Positions 26,532 through 37,055 of a stretch of DNA of 64,000 nt are shown here, one piece after another; the stretch's first letter is position 1; every line of letters begins with the position of its first letter. The DNA is from an uncultured Chloroflexia bacterium (GTDB lineage Bacteria > Chloroflexota > Limnocylindria > Limnocylindrales > CSP1-4): contig CAVYIM010000007.1 in assembly GCA_963768655.1 (NCBI GenBank), forward strand, positions 64,001-128,000, given 5' to 3'. A program made the translations under genes and the position numbers. Under the pieces are notes generated by a model. It made no database searches and was not told the DNA's origin. It saw only the letters and a program-made list of their open reading frames with translations.

Positions 26532-28268
26532 ATGACCCTGGTTGAGCCGCAGAAACGAACGGCTCGAGTGGCGCGAGCGGCCCTCAGCTGGGGCGTCGCC
26601 ATTCCTGCGCTTATCCTCGCCCTCCTCTCCATCGTCTCACTCGCATACTTCTTAGGGTTCCTGCGGCCCCTTGCCCGAGGAGTCGACGCGGTCTGGCCAA
26701 TCGATGCAGGCGACGCCAGCCCGAGCTTCGCGCTTCTGTCCGCCGTCGGCCTGGGAGCCCTGAGCGTCGGGCTCCTGAAAGGCAAAGCCGTTGCCTGGTG
26801 GCTGGCGGTTGCCACCCTGGTCGTTGCCCTGCTGTGCCAGGCTGCGACTCTCGCGCACCCGCTCGGTGTCGTCGTCGTGGGCGGCCTGTTGTCTGTTCTC
26901 GTCGCCGACAACCGTCACTACGAAGTCGAGACCTCTGCCAGCTGGCGCCGGCGCGCTCTAGCCCTGATGGTGGCGGCGGGTGTGCTCGTCGGCCTGGAGA
27001 CCTCACTCGTCATCGCTGCCACGGGCTCATGGCCTGGTCCCCTTGGCCTCCTCAGCGACGCGACGGCAGCCTTGGGCAATGCCTTTGGGATCAGTGACGC
27101 CACGGCGGGTGATCTGCTCAGGGTCACCAGCCACAATGTGCTTCTGGCGCTGCTCATCGTGGCTGCCCGCCTGCCGATCGTCCTGGCCGCGATCGGGGTC
27201 CTTTCCCCTGCTCCGGAGCATGCGCCCGACCCCTCGACCCGGGCTCGGGCGCGGGAGATAGGTAGGCGGTTCGGCTGCGGGGCGCTACTGCCGTTCCAAC
27301 TCGGCGACGACAAGTTCGTCTTCGTTCCGGCCGACGCCGACGGCATGGTCGTCTATGGCGTCGCGGCCGGTACGGCAGTGGTCCTGGGCGACCCGATCGG
27401 TCCCGCCCAGGAGACTTCCAAGGTTCTGGCCGCCTTCCTCGCTCGATGCCACAGAGTCGGCAGGACGCTGGTCTTCTATCAGGCCAGCGGCCCCGGCAGC
27501 GGTGCCCTGGCCCAGGCCGGGTTTCGCGTGTTCCGTGTCGGCCAGGAGGCGGTGGTGGAGCTGGGCACCTTCGATCTAAGTGGCCCACGGCGGGCCAATC
27601 TGCGACACACGATCACGCGCTGCCGCAGAGCCGGCGTCTCGATTCGCTGGTTCGCCTCGGGCATCGACCCGGCTGTCGATCCGGGGCTCGGTGCCCAGCT
27701 TGCGGCGCTAGATGAGAGATGGCGCCTGGAAGTTGGACCCGAGCTCGGGTTCACGATCAGCCAGTTCGACGCGGCCAACTTGCGCTGGCAGCCAGTCGCG
27801 GTCGCGGTCTCGGAGACCGGCCACCCGCTCGGTTTTGCGACGTTCAGGCGCACGGGCACAGATGGCGGTTGGGTCGTGGACCTCATGCGCCGGGCTGGCG
27901 ACTCTCCGCCCGGTGTCGTCGAGTGGTGCATCGCCGAGGCGGCGTCGGCCTTCCGGGCCGGCGGCTCGAAGACCCTGTCGCTGGGACTCGCACCGCTGGC
28001 CGGGCTCGAAGCGGACGGGGTGGCCGAGGAGCGGCTTCTGCGTCTCGGCGCGTGGGTGGTCCGTCGCTGGTACGACGTGCGCGGGTTGGCGTTCTTCAAA
28101 GGCAAGTTCGACCCGATCTGGGTGCCCCGCTACGGCGCCATCAGACACCGACGCGATATCGTCGGCTTCGTTGTTGCCCTGTTGCTAGTACATGTGAGGC
28201 CAGTATCGATGTTGCCGCGATGGCGCCGCCCGGTCCCCCTGGCCGCGAGCGGCTCTTCTGCCCGATGA
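26532..28268 (+). CDS. Aminoacyl-lipid synthase, MprF/LysX-type (DUF2156 / LPG_synthase_C), without a full flippase domain
   Basis: GDDKFVF, LGDPIG, GQEAVV, F.LSG.RRANLRH, DLMRR, LSLGLAPL, GLAFFKGKFDP.W.PRY. Confidence 0.92.
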   Translation: MTLVEPQKRTARVARAALSWGVAIPALILALLSIVSLAYFLGFLRPLARGVDAVWPIDAGDASPSFALLSAVGLGALSVGLLKGKAVAWWLAVATLVVALLCQAATLAHPLGVVVVGGLLSVLVADNRHYEVETSASWRRRALALMVAAGVLVGLETSLVIAATGSWPGPLGLLSDATAALGNAFGISDATAGDLLRVTSHNVLLALLIVAARLPIVLAAIGVLSPAPEHAPDPSTRARAREIGRRFGCGALLPFQLGDDKFVFVPADADGMVVYGVAAGTAVVLGDPIGPAQETSKVLAAFLARCHRVGRTLVFYQASGPGSGALAQAGFRVFRVGQEAVVELGTFDLSGPRRANLRHTITRCRRAGVSIRWFASGIDPAVDPGLGAQLAALDERWRLEVGPELGFTISQFDAANLRWQPVAVAVSETGHPLGFATFRRTGTDGGWVVDLMRRAGDSPPGVVEWCIAEAASAFRAGGSKTLSLGLAPLAGLEADGVAEERLLRLGAWVVRRWYDVRGLAFFKGKFDPIWVPRYGAIRHRRDIVGFVVALLLVHVRPVSMLPRWRRPVPLAASGSSAR

Positions 28269-29896
28269 CCCGCCTGGCGTCTTTGCGCGCGCTGAGCGGC
28301 CTGCGGACCCCCCTCCTCAGCGCGTCCGTCGCGGCCGTCATGATCGTGGCGTCGGTCGTCTCCGGAGCCAGAGATTCATCGAACACCACTCTCGAGCTCA
28401 TGGGTTTCGATCCGGATCGCGCCGAGCTGATCAGCTCGCTGCTGATAGGGGGAGTAGCCGCGGCCGCAGCCACCTTCGCCACCGGGAGAGGCGGCCAGGC
28501 GACGCTGCTGGGCCTCGGTGGTTTCGTCGCTCTGTTCGGCCACACCTTTCTTCGCGAGACCGGCGATGCCCTGGCATCGCCCGCATTCGAAGGCTACTTC
28601 GATCTCAGCGGCTGGCTCTTGACCCTGCTGACCCTGCTGACTGTCGGCCTGATCTCGGGCTGGATCGGGGCCGTGCTTGCTCTGTCGCTTCGCCCGGGGT
28701 TGATCGAGGCCGGCTCTGCCGTGCGCGACGCCATCGCGAGCCGGCAACTCGACCGTCGTCGGCTGCGACTGCCTCTCGCCGCGGCCCTTGTGCTGGTCCT
28801 GTTGATCATCACCGTGCCGGTCTTCGGTGACATGGTCAACTACACGCCCGATGCGAGAATGCTTGACGGCGGACCCCCGGCGGCGGGACTCGTTCCGGGT
28901 GGGCAGGTCGACTCCCCGACGCCAACGGCCAGCTCGCCCCAGCCGACGGGGACCGGCCTGGGTTCGACGCCACAGCCGACGGGGACCGGCCTGGGTTCGA
29001 CGCCACAGCCGACGGGGACCGGCCTGGGTTCGACGCCACAGCCAACTCCCTCGCCGGTCGACCCGCAGCCATGGTTGGCCTGGTTGCCATCGGGCGGCGG
29101 CTCGGTCACGTGGCCGGCTATGCGGGCTCCCTGGACGGGTGGCCCGATTACGAACGACGTGGCCATCTACACGCCACCGGGGTACGAGCGAGGAGGTAGC
29201 CGGCGCTATCCCGTCCTATACGAGACGCCCTTCGGATACGGCAGCTGGGATTCGGCCATCAACATCAGGGGGATTCTTGACGCACTGATCGACAAGGGGG
29301 CGATTCCGCCGATGATCGTCGTCTTCGTGAACTCGGGCGACGGGCCGTATCCCGACACAGAGTGCGCCAACTCGGTCGACGGCGCGGAGTGGATGGATAC
29401 GTTCATCAGTCAGACGCTTGTGTCGTACGTCGACACGCACTACTCGACAATCGCCCAGGCTAGCGCACGAGCCATAACCGGCTTCTCGCAGGGCGGCTAC
29501 TGCGCCGCCATCCTGGCGCTCCGCCATCCGACCGTTTTCGGTACCGCCATCCCGATGTCAGGTTACTACTGGGCAGGAGCGGCCGGCTCCAATTCGAGGC
29601 TTCCATTCGGCGGGAACGCCGCTGCCTTGAGGGCCGCCTCGCCAATGGTCGTCGCTACCGAGCTGCCAGCGGCGGAGCGTGCTTCGCTCTTCTTCATCGT
29701 GGGTGCCGAGGCCAGCCAGCCCTTCTACGGTCCCCAGGCCACCGCGTTTGAGAACCTGCTGGCCGCCCAGGGCTACTCCTACGTGGTGCAAGACGCCAAC
29801 GTTAAGCACGGCTGGGTTCAGGCGCGGCACCTGTTCCCAGGTGCAGTGGAGGCTTGGGCCGCGCATATGGTCGCTGCCGGGGTGTTCGCGTCGTAG
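28265..29896 (+). CDS. Membrane-anchored alpha/beta-hydrolase (esterase-like), copy 2
   Basis: Paralogue of 24759-26411; GFSQGG, KHGW; ATGA overlap with the DUF2156 gene. Confidence 0.88.
   Translation: MTRLASLRALSGLRTPLLSASVAAVMIVASVVSGARDSSNTTLELMGFDPDRAELISSLLIGGVAAAAATFATGRGGQATLLGLGGFVALFGHTFLRETGDALASPAFEGYFDLSGWLLTLLTLLTVGLISGWIGAVLALSLRPGLIEAGSAVRDAIASRQLDRRRLRLPLAAALVLVLLIITVPVFGDMVNYTPDARMLDGGPPAAGLVPGGQVDSPTPTASSPQPTGTGLGSTPQPTGTGLGSTPQPTGTGLGSTPQPTPSPVDPQPWLAWLPSGGGSVTWPAMRAPWTGGPITNDVAIYTPPGYERGGSRRYPVLYETPFGYGSWDSAINIRGILDALIDKGAIPPMIVVFVNSGDGPYPDTECANSVDGAEWMDTFISQTLVSYVDTHYSTIAQASARAITGFSQGGYCAAILALRHPTVFGTAIPMSGYYWAGAAGSNSRLPFGGNAAALRAASPMVVATELPAAERASLFFIVGAEASQPFYGPQATAFENLLAAQGYSYVVQDANVKHGWVQARHLFPGAVEAWAAHMVAAGVFAS
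28940..29043 (+). repeat. Three 33-bp coding tandem repeats (QPTGTGLGSTP)
   Basis: Perfect repeats in the esterase linker. Confidence 0.9.
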
Positions 29897-30142
29897 GTCG
29901 ACCACGGCGCGATGCGGGTCCACATTCAAGCTGAAGCCGGCACGATCCAGCGATCGTGGCGATCGTCGTGGCGGCGACCAGCCACCCGGCTTGGGTCGGT
30001 GCCGATGCGCCTAGCCATGCCCCGCCTGCGTGGGTAGGATGAACTCGCTTGTCGGCGATCGGGTATTGGCCCTCGCAACGAGCGACGGATCCGGAACATG
30101 GAGGCCTCGACTGTGTCCGGTAGCGAGAGGGAGCTTGGTTCG

Positions 30143-32758
30143 ATGAAGTCACCCGTGTCAATTGCGGTCGGCTCCCGTCGGGCCTCACCGAGTCCGCGCC
30201 GACCATTCGCGCGGCTCTTGGTCCTCGCTCCGGCGGCGCTCCTGCTGTCGGGGCTTTCTACGGTCCCGGCCGGTCCGCCAGCAAGACCTGCCGTGGCGGC
30301 AGCACCCGCGGCAACGCCAGCGACGACGGTGGTACAGCCGCACTCCGTCGTCGCCAGCGGTGACTGGCCTCAGTTCCACAACGATGCTACCCACGACGGC
30401 TACAACAGCGCCGAGACGACTCTCTCTGCGTCGGATGTCGCCGGCTTGGGCGTGGCCTGGACCGGTACGACCGGGAGCCCGATCACGTCGTCGCCGGCGG
30501 TCTCGAACGGCGTTGTCTATGTCGGTTCCCTCGACGACAAGCTCTACGCCTACGCGGTCGGCTGTAACAAGGATGGCGGGTCGTGCGCACCGCTCTGGAC
30601 GGCCACCACCGGCGGCCTGGTCGTGTCCTCGCCGGCGGTCTCGAACGGCGTCGTCTATGTCGGTTCCTACGATGACAAACTCTATGCGTACGCTGTCGGC
30701 TGCGGCGGGTCCTGCACGCCGGTCTGGACCGCAACGACCGGGGGCAGCATCAACTCCTCGCCTGCCGTGACAGACGGCGTCGTGTACGTCGGGTCATGGG
30801 ACGGCAAGCTGTATGCGTACGCGGTCGGTTGCGCGAGCGGTGGCGACATCTGCACGCCGCTCTGGACGGCGACTACAGACGGCCGCATCGCCTCGTCGCC
30901 CGTGGTTTCGAACGGCGTAGTCTACGTCGGCTCGGAGGACGGCAGACTCTACGCGTACGCGGTCGATTGTGCCAGTGGTGGCGGATCGTGCGCGCCGCTG
31001 TGGACCGCGACGATCGACGCCCCCTTCAGTTTCGGGATCGCTTCCTCGCCCGCTGTCTCGAACGGCGTCGTCTACATCGGCTCCTACCGTGGCCAGCTGC
31101 ATGCCTTCGCGGTCGGCTGTGCCTCCGACGGCGGGTCCTGCACGCCCCTTTGGTCGAGCGCCGGGATTGGCCGTGTCGTCTCATCGCCCGCGGTGGCCAA
31201 TGGCATCGTCTACGTTGGTTCCCGCGACGGCAAGCTGTATGCGTACGCGGTGGGCTGCGCCAGCGGTGGTGGGACTTGCTCCCCGCTCTGGACGGGCCTC
31301 ACCGGCGCCCCGGTCGATTCCTCCCCTGCGGTCGCTAACGGCGTCGTCTACGTCGGCTCCACCAATGGCGATGCCAAGTTGTATGCGTACGCGACCGGCT
31401 GTGCGAGCGGAGGCGGGGCGTGCACGCCGCTCTGGACGGCCGCGACCGGTGCCGGCATCGAATCATCGCCGGCTGTCTCAAACGGTGTCGTCTACGTCGG
31501 GTCCGGCGACAAGGATCTCTATGCGTACGGTTTGACCTACCCCGCCGCCACCTATACGCCCATCAGCCCGCGTCGCGTTCTCGACTCCCGGCCCACCGGG
31601 TCGGGTCACACCAACATCGGTCTGGCGGGTAAGTTCACCGCGGGTACCGTCCGTAAGTTCACCGTCGCCGGAGCGGAGTATGTCGGGGGTGGGAGCGCTG
31701 CGGCCATCCCGACCAATGCCGTGGCGGTGACAGGCAACCTCACGGTCGTGGGTGAGACCGCGCCAGGCGTCATCGATCTGGGACCGACCGTGACCGCGAC
31801 CGGGTCGACCGCCACTCTGGACTTTGCCAAGGGCGACATCCGGGCCAACAACGTGACGATCGGTCTGGCCCCCGATGGCTCACTGGAGGCCGTCTATCGC
31901 AGCAGCACCGCCGCTGCCACTACCGATCTCATCTTCGATGTCACAGGCTACTTTGTCCCCGGCAGCGGTGGTGCTACCTATCACAGCTTGGCTCCGGGTC
32001 GAGTCCTCGATACCAGACCGTCCGGTGGTGGAGTGACCCACATCGGCGGCCTGTCCAAGCTGTCCAACAGGACCGTCAAGAGCTTCCCGGTGGCCGGCGT
32101 GAAGGCCCTGGGCTGGTCATCCGCCCTCGTACCCTCTAGCGCCACCGGCGTGACCGGCAACCTGACCGTGACCGGGGCCACGAGTGCCGGCTTTGTCTCT
32201 CTAGGTCCGACCATGACAAGCTCACCCTCCACCTCTAGCGTCAACGTCACGGCCGGCTCGACCGTGGCCAACGGGGTCAGCGTAGCCCTGTCGTTCGGGA
32301 GGCTAGCGGCCGTCTGGGATGGCACCGCAGGCTCATCGGCCAATGTCATCTTCGATGTCACGGGCTACTTCACGGCTGGCTCGGGTGGTCTGTCCTACTA
32401 CGCCATCGCACCGGTCCGGGTTCTCGACTCCTCCAAGTCCATCGGTCTGTCCGGTACCTTCGCCAGCGGCACGGCGAGACTCTTCACCATCGGCGGTACT
32501 GGCGGTGTCCCAACTGGTGCCGCCGGTATCAGCGGCAACCTGACCGTGCTCAACCCATCATCCGCGGGCTGGGCTCTCGTATCACCTGAGATCGTCGCCA
32601 CGCCGACCACCTCTACCCTCAACGTCGCCTCCGGACACAGTGAGGCCAACGGCTTCGACGTCGCTCTCGGAGCCTCGGGTCACGTCGCTCTCGAGTGGGC
32701 CGGCACTACCGGCTCCAGCGCCAACATCGCTCTCGATATCACCGGCTACTGGAAGTAG
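30143..32758 (+). CDS. Secreted PQQ-like/BamB-type beta-propeller protein with three C-terminal surface repeats
   Basis: Eight SSPAV.NGVVYVGS.D.KLYAY blades; three P.RVLD....GNLTV...DVTGY domains; N-terminal signal-like segment. Confidence 0.9.
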   Translation: MKSPVSIAVGSRRASPSPRRPFARLLVLAPAALLLSGLSTVPAGPPARPAVAAAPAATPATTVVQPHSVVASGDWPQFHNDATHDGYNSAETTLSASDVAGLGVAWTGTTGSPITSSPAVSNGVVYVGSLDDKLYAYAVGCNKDGGSCAPLWTATTGGLVVSSPAVSNGVVYVGSYDDKLYAYAVGCGGSCTPVWTATTGGSINSSPAVTDGVVYVGSWDGKLYAYAVGCASGGDICTPLWTATTDGRIASSPVVSNGVVYVGSEDGRLYAYAVDCASGGGSCAPLWTATIDAPFSFGIASSPAVSNGVVYIGSYRGQLHAFAVGCASDGGSCTPLWSSAGIGRVVSSPAVANGIVYVGSRDGKLYAYAVGCASGGGTCSPLWTGLTGAPVDSSPAVANGVVYVGSTNGDAKLYAYATGCASGGGACTPLWTAATGAGIESSPAVSNGVVYVGSGDKDLYAYGLTYPAATYTPISPRRVLDSRPTGSGHTNIGLAGKFTAGTVRKFTVAGAEYVGGGSAAAIPTNAVAVTGNLTVVGETAPGVIDLGPTVTATGSTATLDFAKGDIRANNVTIGLAPDGSLEAVYRSSTAAATTDLIFDVTGYFVPGSGGATYHSLAPGRVLDTRPSGGGVTHIGGLSKLSNRTVKSFPVAGVKALGWSSALVPSSATGVTGNLTVTGATSAGFVSLGPTMTSSPSTSSVNVTAGSTVANGVSVALSFGRLAAVWDGTAGSSANVIFDVTGYFTAGSGGLSYYAIAPVRVLDSSKSIGLSGTFASGTARLFTIGGTGGVPTGAAGISGNLTVLNPSSAGWALVSPEIVATPTTSTLNVASGHSEANGFDVALGASGHVALEWAGTTGSSANIALDITGYWK

Positions 32759-32876
32759 GGAGCAGGAGCACGGGCTGAGGGCACGAACAGGTCATCGTGC
32801 GTGTCATCGTGCGCGTGACCGAAATGGCCGATGAGCCTGCGCTCGGCGCGGCCGCGGCATCCGCCGGAAGCTCCCG

Positions 32877-33894
32877 TCAGCGGGACGGTCTACGACACTG
32901 CAGGGCGGTCATTCCGGCCGTTCGAGCACGGACGCCGGGTTGCTCGGCGAGCTTCAATTCAGCGGCATCTTCGAAGCCGGCTCGAAATCAGCAGATCACG
33001 GGTCCGCGCCACGGTCCAAGGCGACCAGGATGGGTCGGTCAGGGTTCGGACGAACATCCAGCCGAGTCGCCCTCGATCCGCGACGCCCGCCTCTGGCTCG
33101 AAGTCACCAACGATGAGGAACCGCCCGCCCGGGACGAGGGCATCGCGGACAACGCGGAAGACCGCCTCTGAGTAGACCGCTACGTTGCATTGGAGCACGC
33201 TATCGAAGCAACCCGGAAGTGGGTCTCTCGTGAAGTCGGCGGCATGGAAACCTACCCGGTTGCTGAGGCCGGCCTCACCAACGATCTCCCGACCGCTGAC
33301 GCAGACGTTGGCGATGTCCACGACGGTCACGCTCAGGTCCGGCCAGCGGCGAGCCAGGGCAATCGCGACCACGCCTGATCCGCCACCGAGATCCATCAGA
33401 CGCCGGACGCCCGACAGATCGAGAGTGGCGGCCACTCTGTCGGCCTGATCCTGGTGGACCTCCAGGAGCATCCGCGTGTAGCGCCGAGCCCGGTCCGGGT
33501 CCGCTGCCATCCGCTCCACGTATCCTCCGGCCGCAATTGGCGCGTCCGGAGCTCGCAGCGAAGCGGGCAGGTCAATCATGGCCTCGAAGCGCTCGCGGGC
33601 CTCTTCGGCCAAGAAGCGCCATGTTTCGGGACTGTAGCCGCCGATGACGGAGTCCCGGGCAAGCTGCGAAGGACGCCACGACGCTCTCGACTCATCCACG
33701 AACCCGACCGAATGAAGAAAATCGAGCCACGCGGCACAGCGCGCTCTGGGGATTCCGAGGGCCTCGCCGACCGCCGTGGTGTCGAGAGGCTCCGACTCGA
33801 GCAGCCAGAAGAGCCCTAGCTCCAGAGCAGCCCCGAGCGCCGCGCCAACGAGCGGTTGGTCGAGCAGAGCAAGAACCTCATCAGTCGACGCCAC
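32877..33894 (-). CDS. SAM-dependent O-methyltransferase (Methyltransf_2) with an extra base near 32985
   Basis: ELGLF dimerisation motif, MDLGGGSG, LVPGG; the natural-looking C-terminus RAGFEDA... is in the next frame. Confidence 0.88.
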
Positions 33895-33999
33895 GACGAC
33901 CTCCCCGGCACATGCTATCGCCCGAGAAGCGCCCTCGATGCAGCCATCGTGTTGCCGCCGTTCGACGCCGGCGCGTCAGTGGTTCTTGGCTCCGCGCGA

Positions 34000-35148
34000 T
34001 CACCCGCCGGCCGCGACTCCCCGGGCCAGGAGCTCGTCGTAGCGCACAGGATCCACGTTCCCCCCGCTCAGGATGGACACCACGCGCCCGCTCGCCGGCA
34101 GTTCGTCCTCGTGGAACAGCCAGGCGGCGAGGGTAGTGGCGCCGGACGGTTCTAGTACCAGCCGCGCTTCCCGCGACGCGCGGACCATGGCCCGGGCGAT
34201 CTCATCCTCGGTCACGGTTACGATGCCGTCGAGATAGTGGCGCAGCAGCTCGAACGGTATGCGCCCGATGTGGGTAGTCCGCTGGCCGTCGGCGATCGTC
34301 CGTCCGACCATGTCCGCCGGCCAGATCACAATTCGGCCCTGCTCGAGCGAGTCACGGGCGTCCGCGGCCAGAGCCGGTTCGACGCCGACCACGACGGCGT
34401 CCGGCCGAAGCGACTTCACCGCTACGGCCACGCCGCTGGCGATCCCGCCTCCGCCAACCGGGACCAGCACGGTGAATGGTGCCGGTTCGGTCCGGCGGCC
34501 CCTCGGAGTCGTGGGTTTGCGCTCGTCGAGGGAGGCGAGCTGCTCGACGATCTCGAGTCCGATGGTTCCCTGGCCGGTGATCGTGGCCGCGTCGTCGTAC
34601 GGCGCGACCAGCGACAGACCGTCGACCCGCGCCAGTTCGGCGGCCCGCTCCGCACGCTCCTCACTCGATGGACCCACGAAGACGATCTCGGCGCCGTCCT
34701 CTTGGACACGCTCGACCTTGATCCGTGGCGCATCCGAGGGCATCACGATCACTGCGCGGACCCCGAGGAGTCGAGCGGCGCGCGCCACGCCTTGGGCGTG
34801 GTTGCCGCTCGAGTGCGCCACAACGCCGGCGGCGCGGCGTTCCGCCGACAGCGCGGCGATGTTGTAGTAGGCGCCACGCAGCTTGAACGCGCCGATCGGC
34901 TGGAGAGACTCCGGTTTCAGCCAAGCGCGGGTGCGCCCAAGTGGGTCGCCGTCCTCGGGCCGCCCGAAGGGCAGCAGCGGCGTGCGCACGACTACGCCCC
35001 GGATCACTTCGGCGGCGCCGCGGATGGCGGCCAGGGTGACCAGCGCCGCCTCGTCGAGCCGTGCGTCCGATCGAGGGTCCGGGATTGGTGAGACGGTCGG
35101 CGGCTCCGGCGCCACGGGCGGGAGCTGAGTCGGTCTTCGTGGAGGCAT
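34000..35148 (-). CDS. PLP-dependent threonine/serine dehydratase family
   Basis: KPESLQPIGAFKLRG, SSGNHAQG, VGGGG, EPSGA, SGGN. Confidence 0.93.
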   Translation of the reverse strand: MPPRRPTQLPPVAPEPPTVSPIPDPRSDARLDEAALVTLAAIRGAAEVIRGVVVRTPLLPFGRPEDGDPLGRTRAWLKPESLQPIGAFKLRGAYYNIAALSAERRAAGVVAHSSGNHAQGVARAARLLGVRAVIVMPSDAPRIKVERVQEDGAEIVFVGPSSEERAERAAELARVDGLSLVAPYDDAATITGQGTIGLEIVEQLASLDERKPTTPRGRRTEPAPFTVLVPVGGGGIASGVAVAVKSLRPDAVVVGVEPALAADARDSLEQGRIVIWPADMVGRTIADGQRTTHIGRIPFELLRHYLDGIVTVTEDEIARAMVRASREARLVLEPSGATTLAAWLFHEDELPASGRVVSILSGGNVDPVRYDELLARGVAAGG

Positions 35149-35419
35149 GTCCAGGCCACTATAGTGCCGGCAACCCTCTCGACCGCCGCCAGCCGGCCCT
35201 CGGGAAGCCGATCGAGCGAAGTAGCGGCGCTCCAGAAGCAGCCTCGCCTCGTGGCCTCAGCCCCGCGCCACTCGACCAGCCGGCACGTCAATCGCAGTTC
35301 GTCTGTTTCAGCCCATACTTGGCCAGTCCCGGGTCGAACGACAGCCGCGTGGGATGAGACAGACTGGCACCGACCTTCACCTCGGGTTACGTAGCGGATC
35401 AGGACAGGAGCGGTCTCCA

Positions 35420-35527
35420 ATGACACTCGCCATCCTCGGCGTGCCAACCCACATCGCACTCATCGCGGTGGTCATCATCGTGGTCGTCGTGGCGGCGGCA
35501 TGGTGGTTGATCGACCGTCGCAAGTAG
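35420..35527 (+). CDS. 35-aa single-TM small protein
   Basis: MTLAILGVPTHIALIAVVIIVVVVAAAWWLIDRRK; SD AGGAG. Confidence 0.6.
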   Translation: MTLAILGVPTHIALIAVVIIVVVVAAAWWLIDRRK

Positions 35528-35565
35528 GTCACGCCGAGCGTTGTGCCGATCGCTCCGAGCCGGGC

Positions 35566-35655
35566 TACCTCGATCGACCATTTGTGCCCGCCGTCACGGA
35601 CGGCAAGACCGGTGCGATCCGCTTCTTCGGCCGTGTGGTCGATCCGTCCTCTTGG
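35566..35655 (+). pseudogene. Serpin C-terminal relic
   Basis: YLDRPFVPAVTDGKTGAIRFFGRVVDPS resembles the serpin terminal signature. Confidence 0.6.
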
Positions 35656-35882
35656 CGGACCCCGTCGCTATTCAGCCAGAGCGGCCATCGAAGCTACTGC
35701 CGAGTGCCAGAGTGCGAGCCCTGCCCAACTTCCGGCTGGTGACTGGCCGATCGCGCCTGGCGCAGCTCACGAGCAGGACGCTGGAGCCAGGTCGGTTCGG
35801 TACAATCGTCGAGTCACGGCGACGGTGCCCTTGAGCCCCGGGGTCGACAGGCTCGAACATAACGAGCGGGAAGGGGACCGCA

Positions 35883-37055
35883 ATGAAGAGGAAGTCGGGC
35901 CAGGACCAGTTGGACCGCAAGTCCCCATCCGACCCAGCCAGCACCCCGGGGTCCGCAGAGCACCCGTCCCTCGGTCTCGAGCTGGAAGGGCTTCCGAATC
36001 GGCGCGGGCCCGTCCGCCGTGGCCTTTCCGGGCCGCCGGCGATGATCGCCCTGGTGGCTGTCGTCGCCCTGGCCGCGGCGGCGTTGGGCCTGCCGTTTGT
36101 CCTGTCTCACTCTGGTGATGCGCCCGTCCCGAGCGCGCGCGCAGCCATGTCCGCTGCCCCGACGACGGGCGTGCCGACCACGGTCGCCGACGATGCCAGC
36201 TTCCCAGTGGCCGGCCCCACCGACACGCCGACCGCGCTGCCCAGCGACACGCCGACCGCGCTGCCCAGCGACACGCCGACGGCGGACCCCACCTCGGCTC
36301 CTGGCGGAGGCGGCGGCGGCTGGTGGAAAGCCATAACGGTTGATGCGCAGAGCCAGGCCTACGGCGGGGATCAGGCGGACTGGGTCGAGGTGATCACCCC
36401 GAAGCCAACGCAATGCACGCTGATGGTCTACTTCAGCGGCGATCTCCGGGGCAGTTACGGCGGCTTTGGCACTCCGAGCAGTCAACCGCGCTACCGTACC
36501 TACGGGATCGCGGACGACTTCTCGGGGACCCTCTATGTGGAGGTGACTTGCTGGAGCGATGGCCTGATAGGCGCCGCGCACACGTGGAGGCTCCCGGTAA
36601 CCGTGAGCCCCGGGCCCAGACCAGCCCCGTCTTCTCCCCCTGCATGGACGCTGACCGCTTCTGCCTCCAATGCCAAGCCCGGCGGATGGGTGAAGTTCGA
36701 GTTCACCGCGAGCGTCGACGCCATCTGTAATGTGAGCTACGTCCTATCGGATCTAAGCGCTGGCAGCGGGACCCAGGTGGATGCGAGCGCCGGCAAGGTG
36801 ACCTCGGACGATATGTACATCTCTCCCGGCGTCGCGCCCGGCCACGGTGAGTTCACCCTAACCTGCACCGATATGGACGGTAACTCCAAGACGGCGACCG
36901 GAACATTCGAGGTACTGTCCGCGTCGGCGACACCGACACCGTCCCTTGGTCCGACGGCCCCGACGACCGAGGCTCCGACGGAGGCGCCGACTGCGAAATC
37001 GACGGCTCGTCCGACCGAGGCTCCGACTGCCGGTCAGACACCGACACAGTCCTGA
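35883..37055 (+). CDS. Single-TM surface protein with PT linkers and Cys-paired beta domains
   Basis: TM at ~aa 54-73; 24-bp DTPTALPS repeats at 36221-36280; SD AAGGGGA. Confidence 0.8.
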   Translation: MKRKSGQDQLDRKSPSDPASTPGSAEHPSLGLELEGLPNRRGPVRRGLSGPPAMIALVAVVALAAAALGLPFVLSHSGDAPVPSARAAMSAAPTTGVPTTVADDASFPVAGPTDTPTALPSDTPTALPSDTPTADPTSAPGGGGGGWWKAITVDAQSQAYGGDQADWVEVITPKPTQCTLMVYFSGDLRGSYGGFGTPSSQPRYRTYGIADDFSGTLYVEVTCWSDGLIGAAHTWRLPVTVSPGPRPAPSSPPAWTLTASASNAKPGGWVKFEFTASVDAICNVSYVLSDLSAGSGTQVDASAGKVTSDDMYISPGVAPGHGEFTLTCTDMDGNSKTATGTFEVLSASATPTPSLGPTAPTTEAPTEAPTAKSTARPTEAPTAGQTPTQS

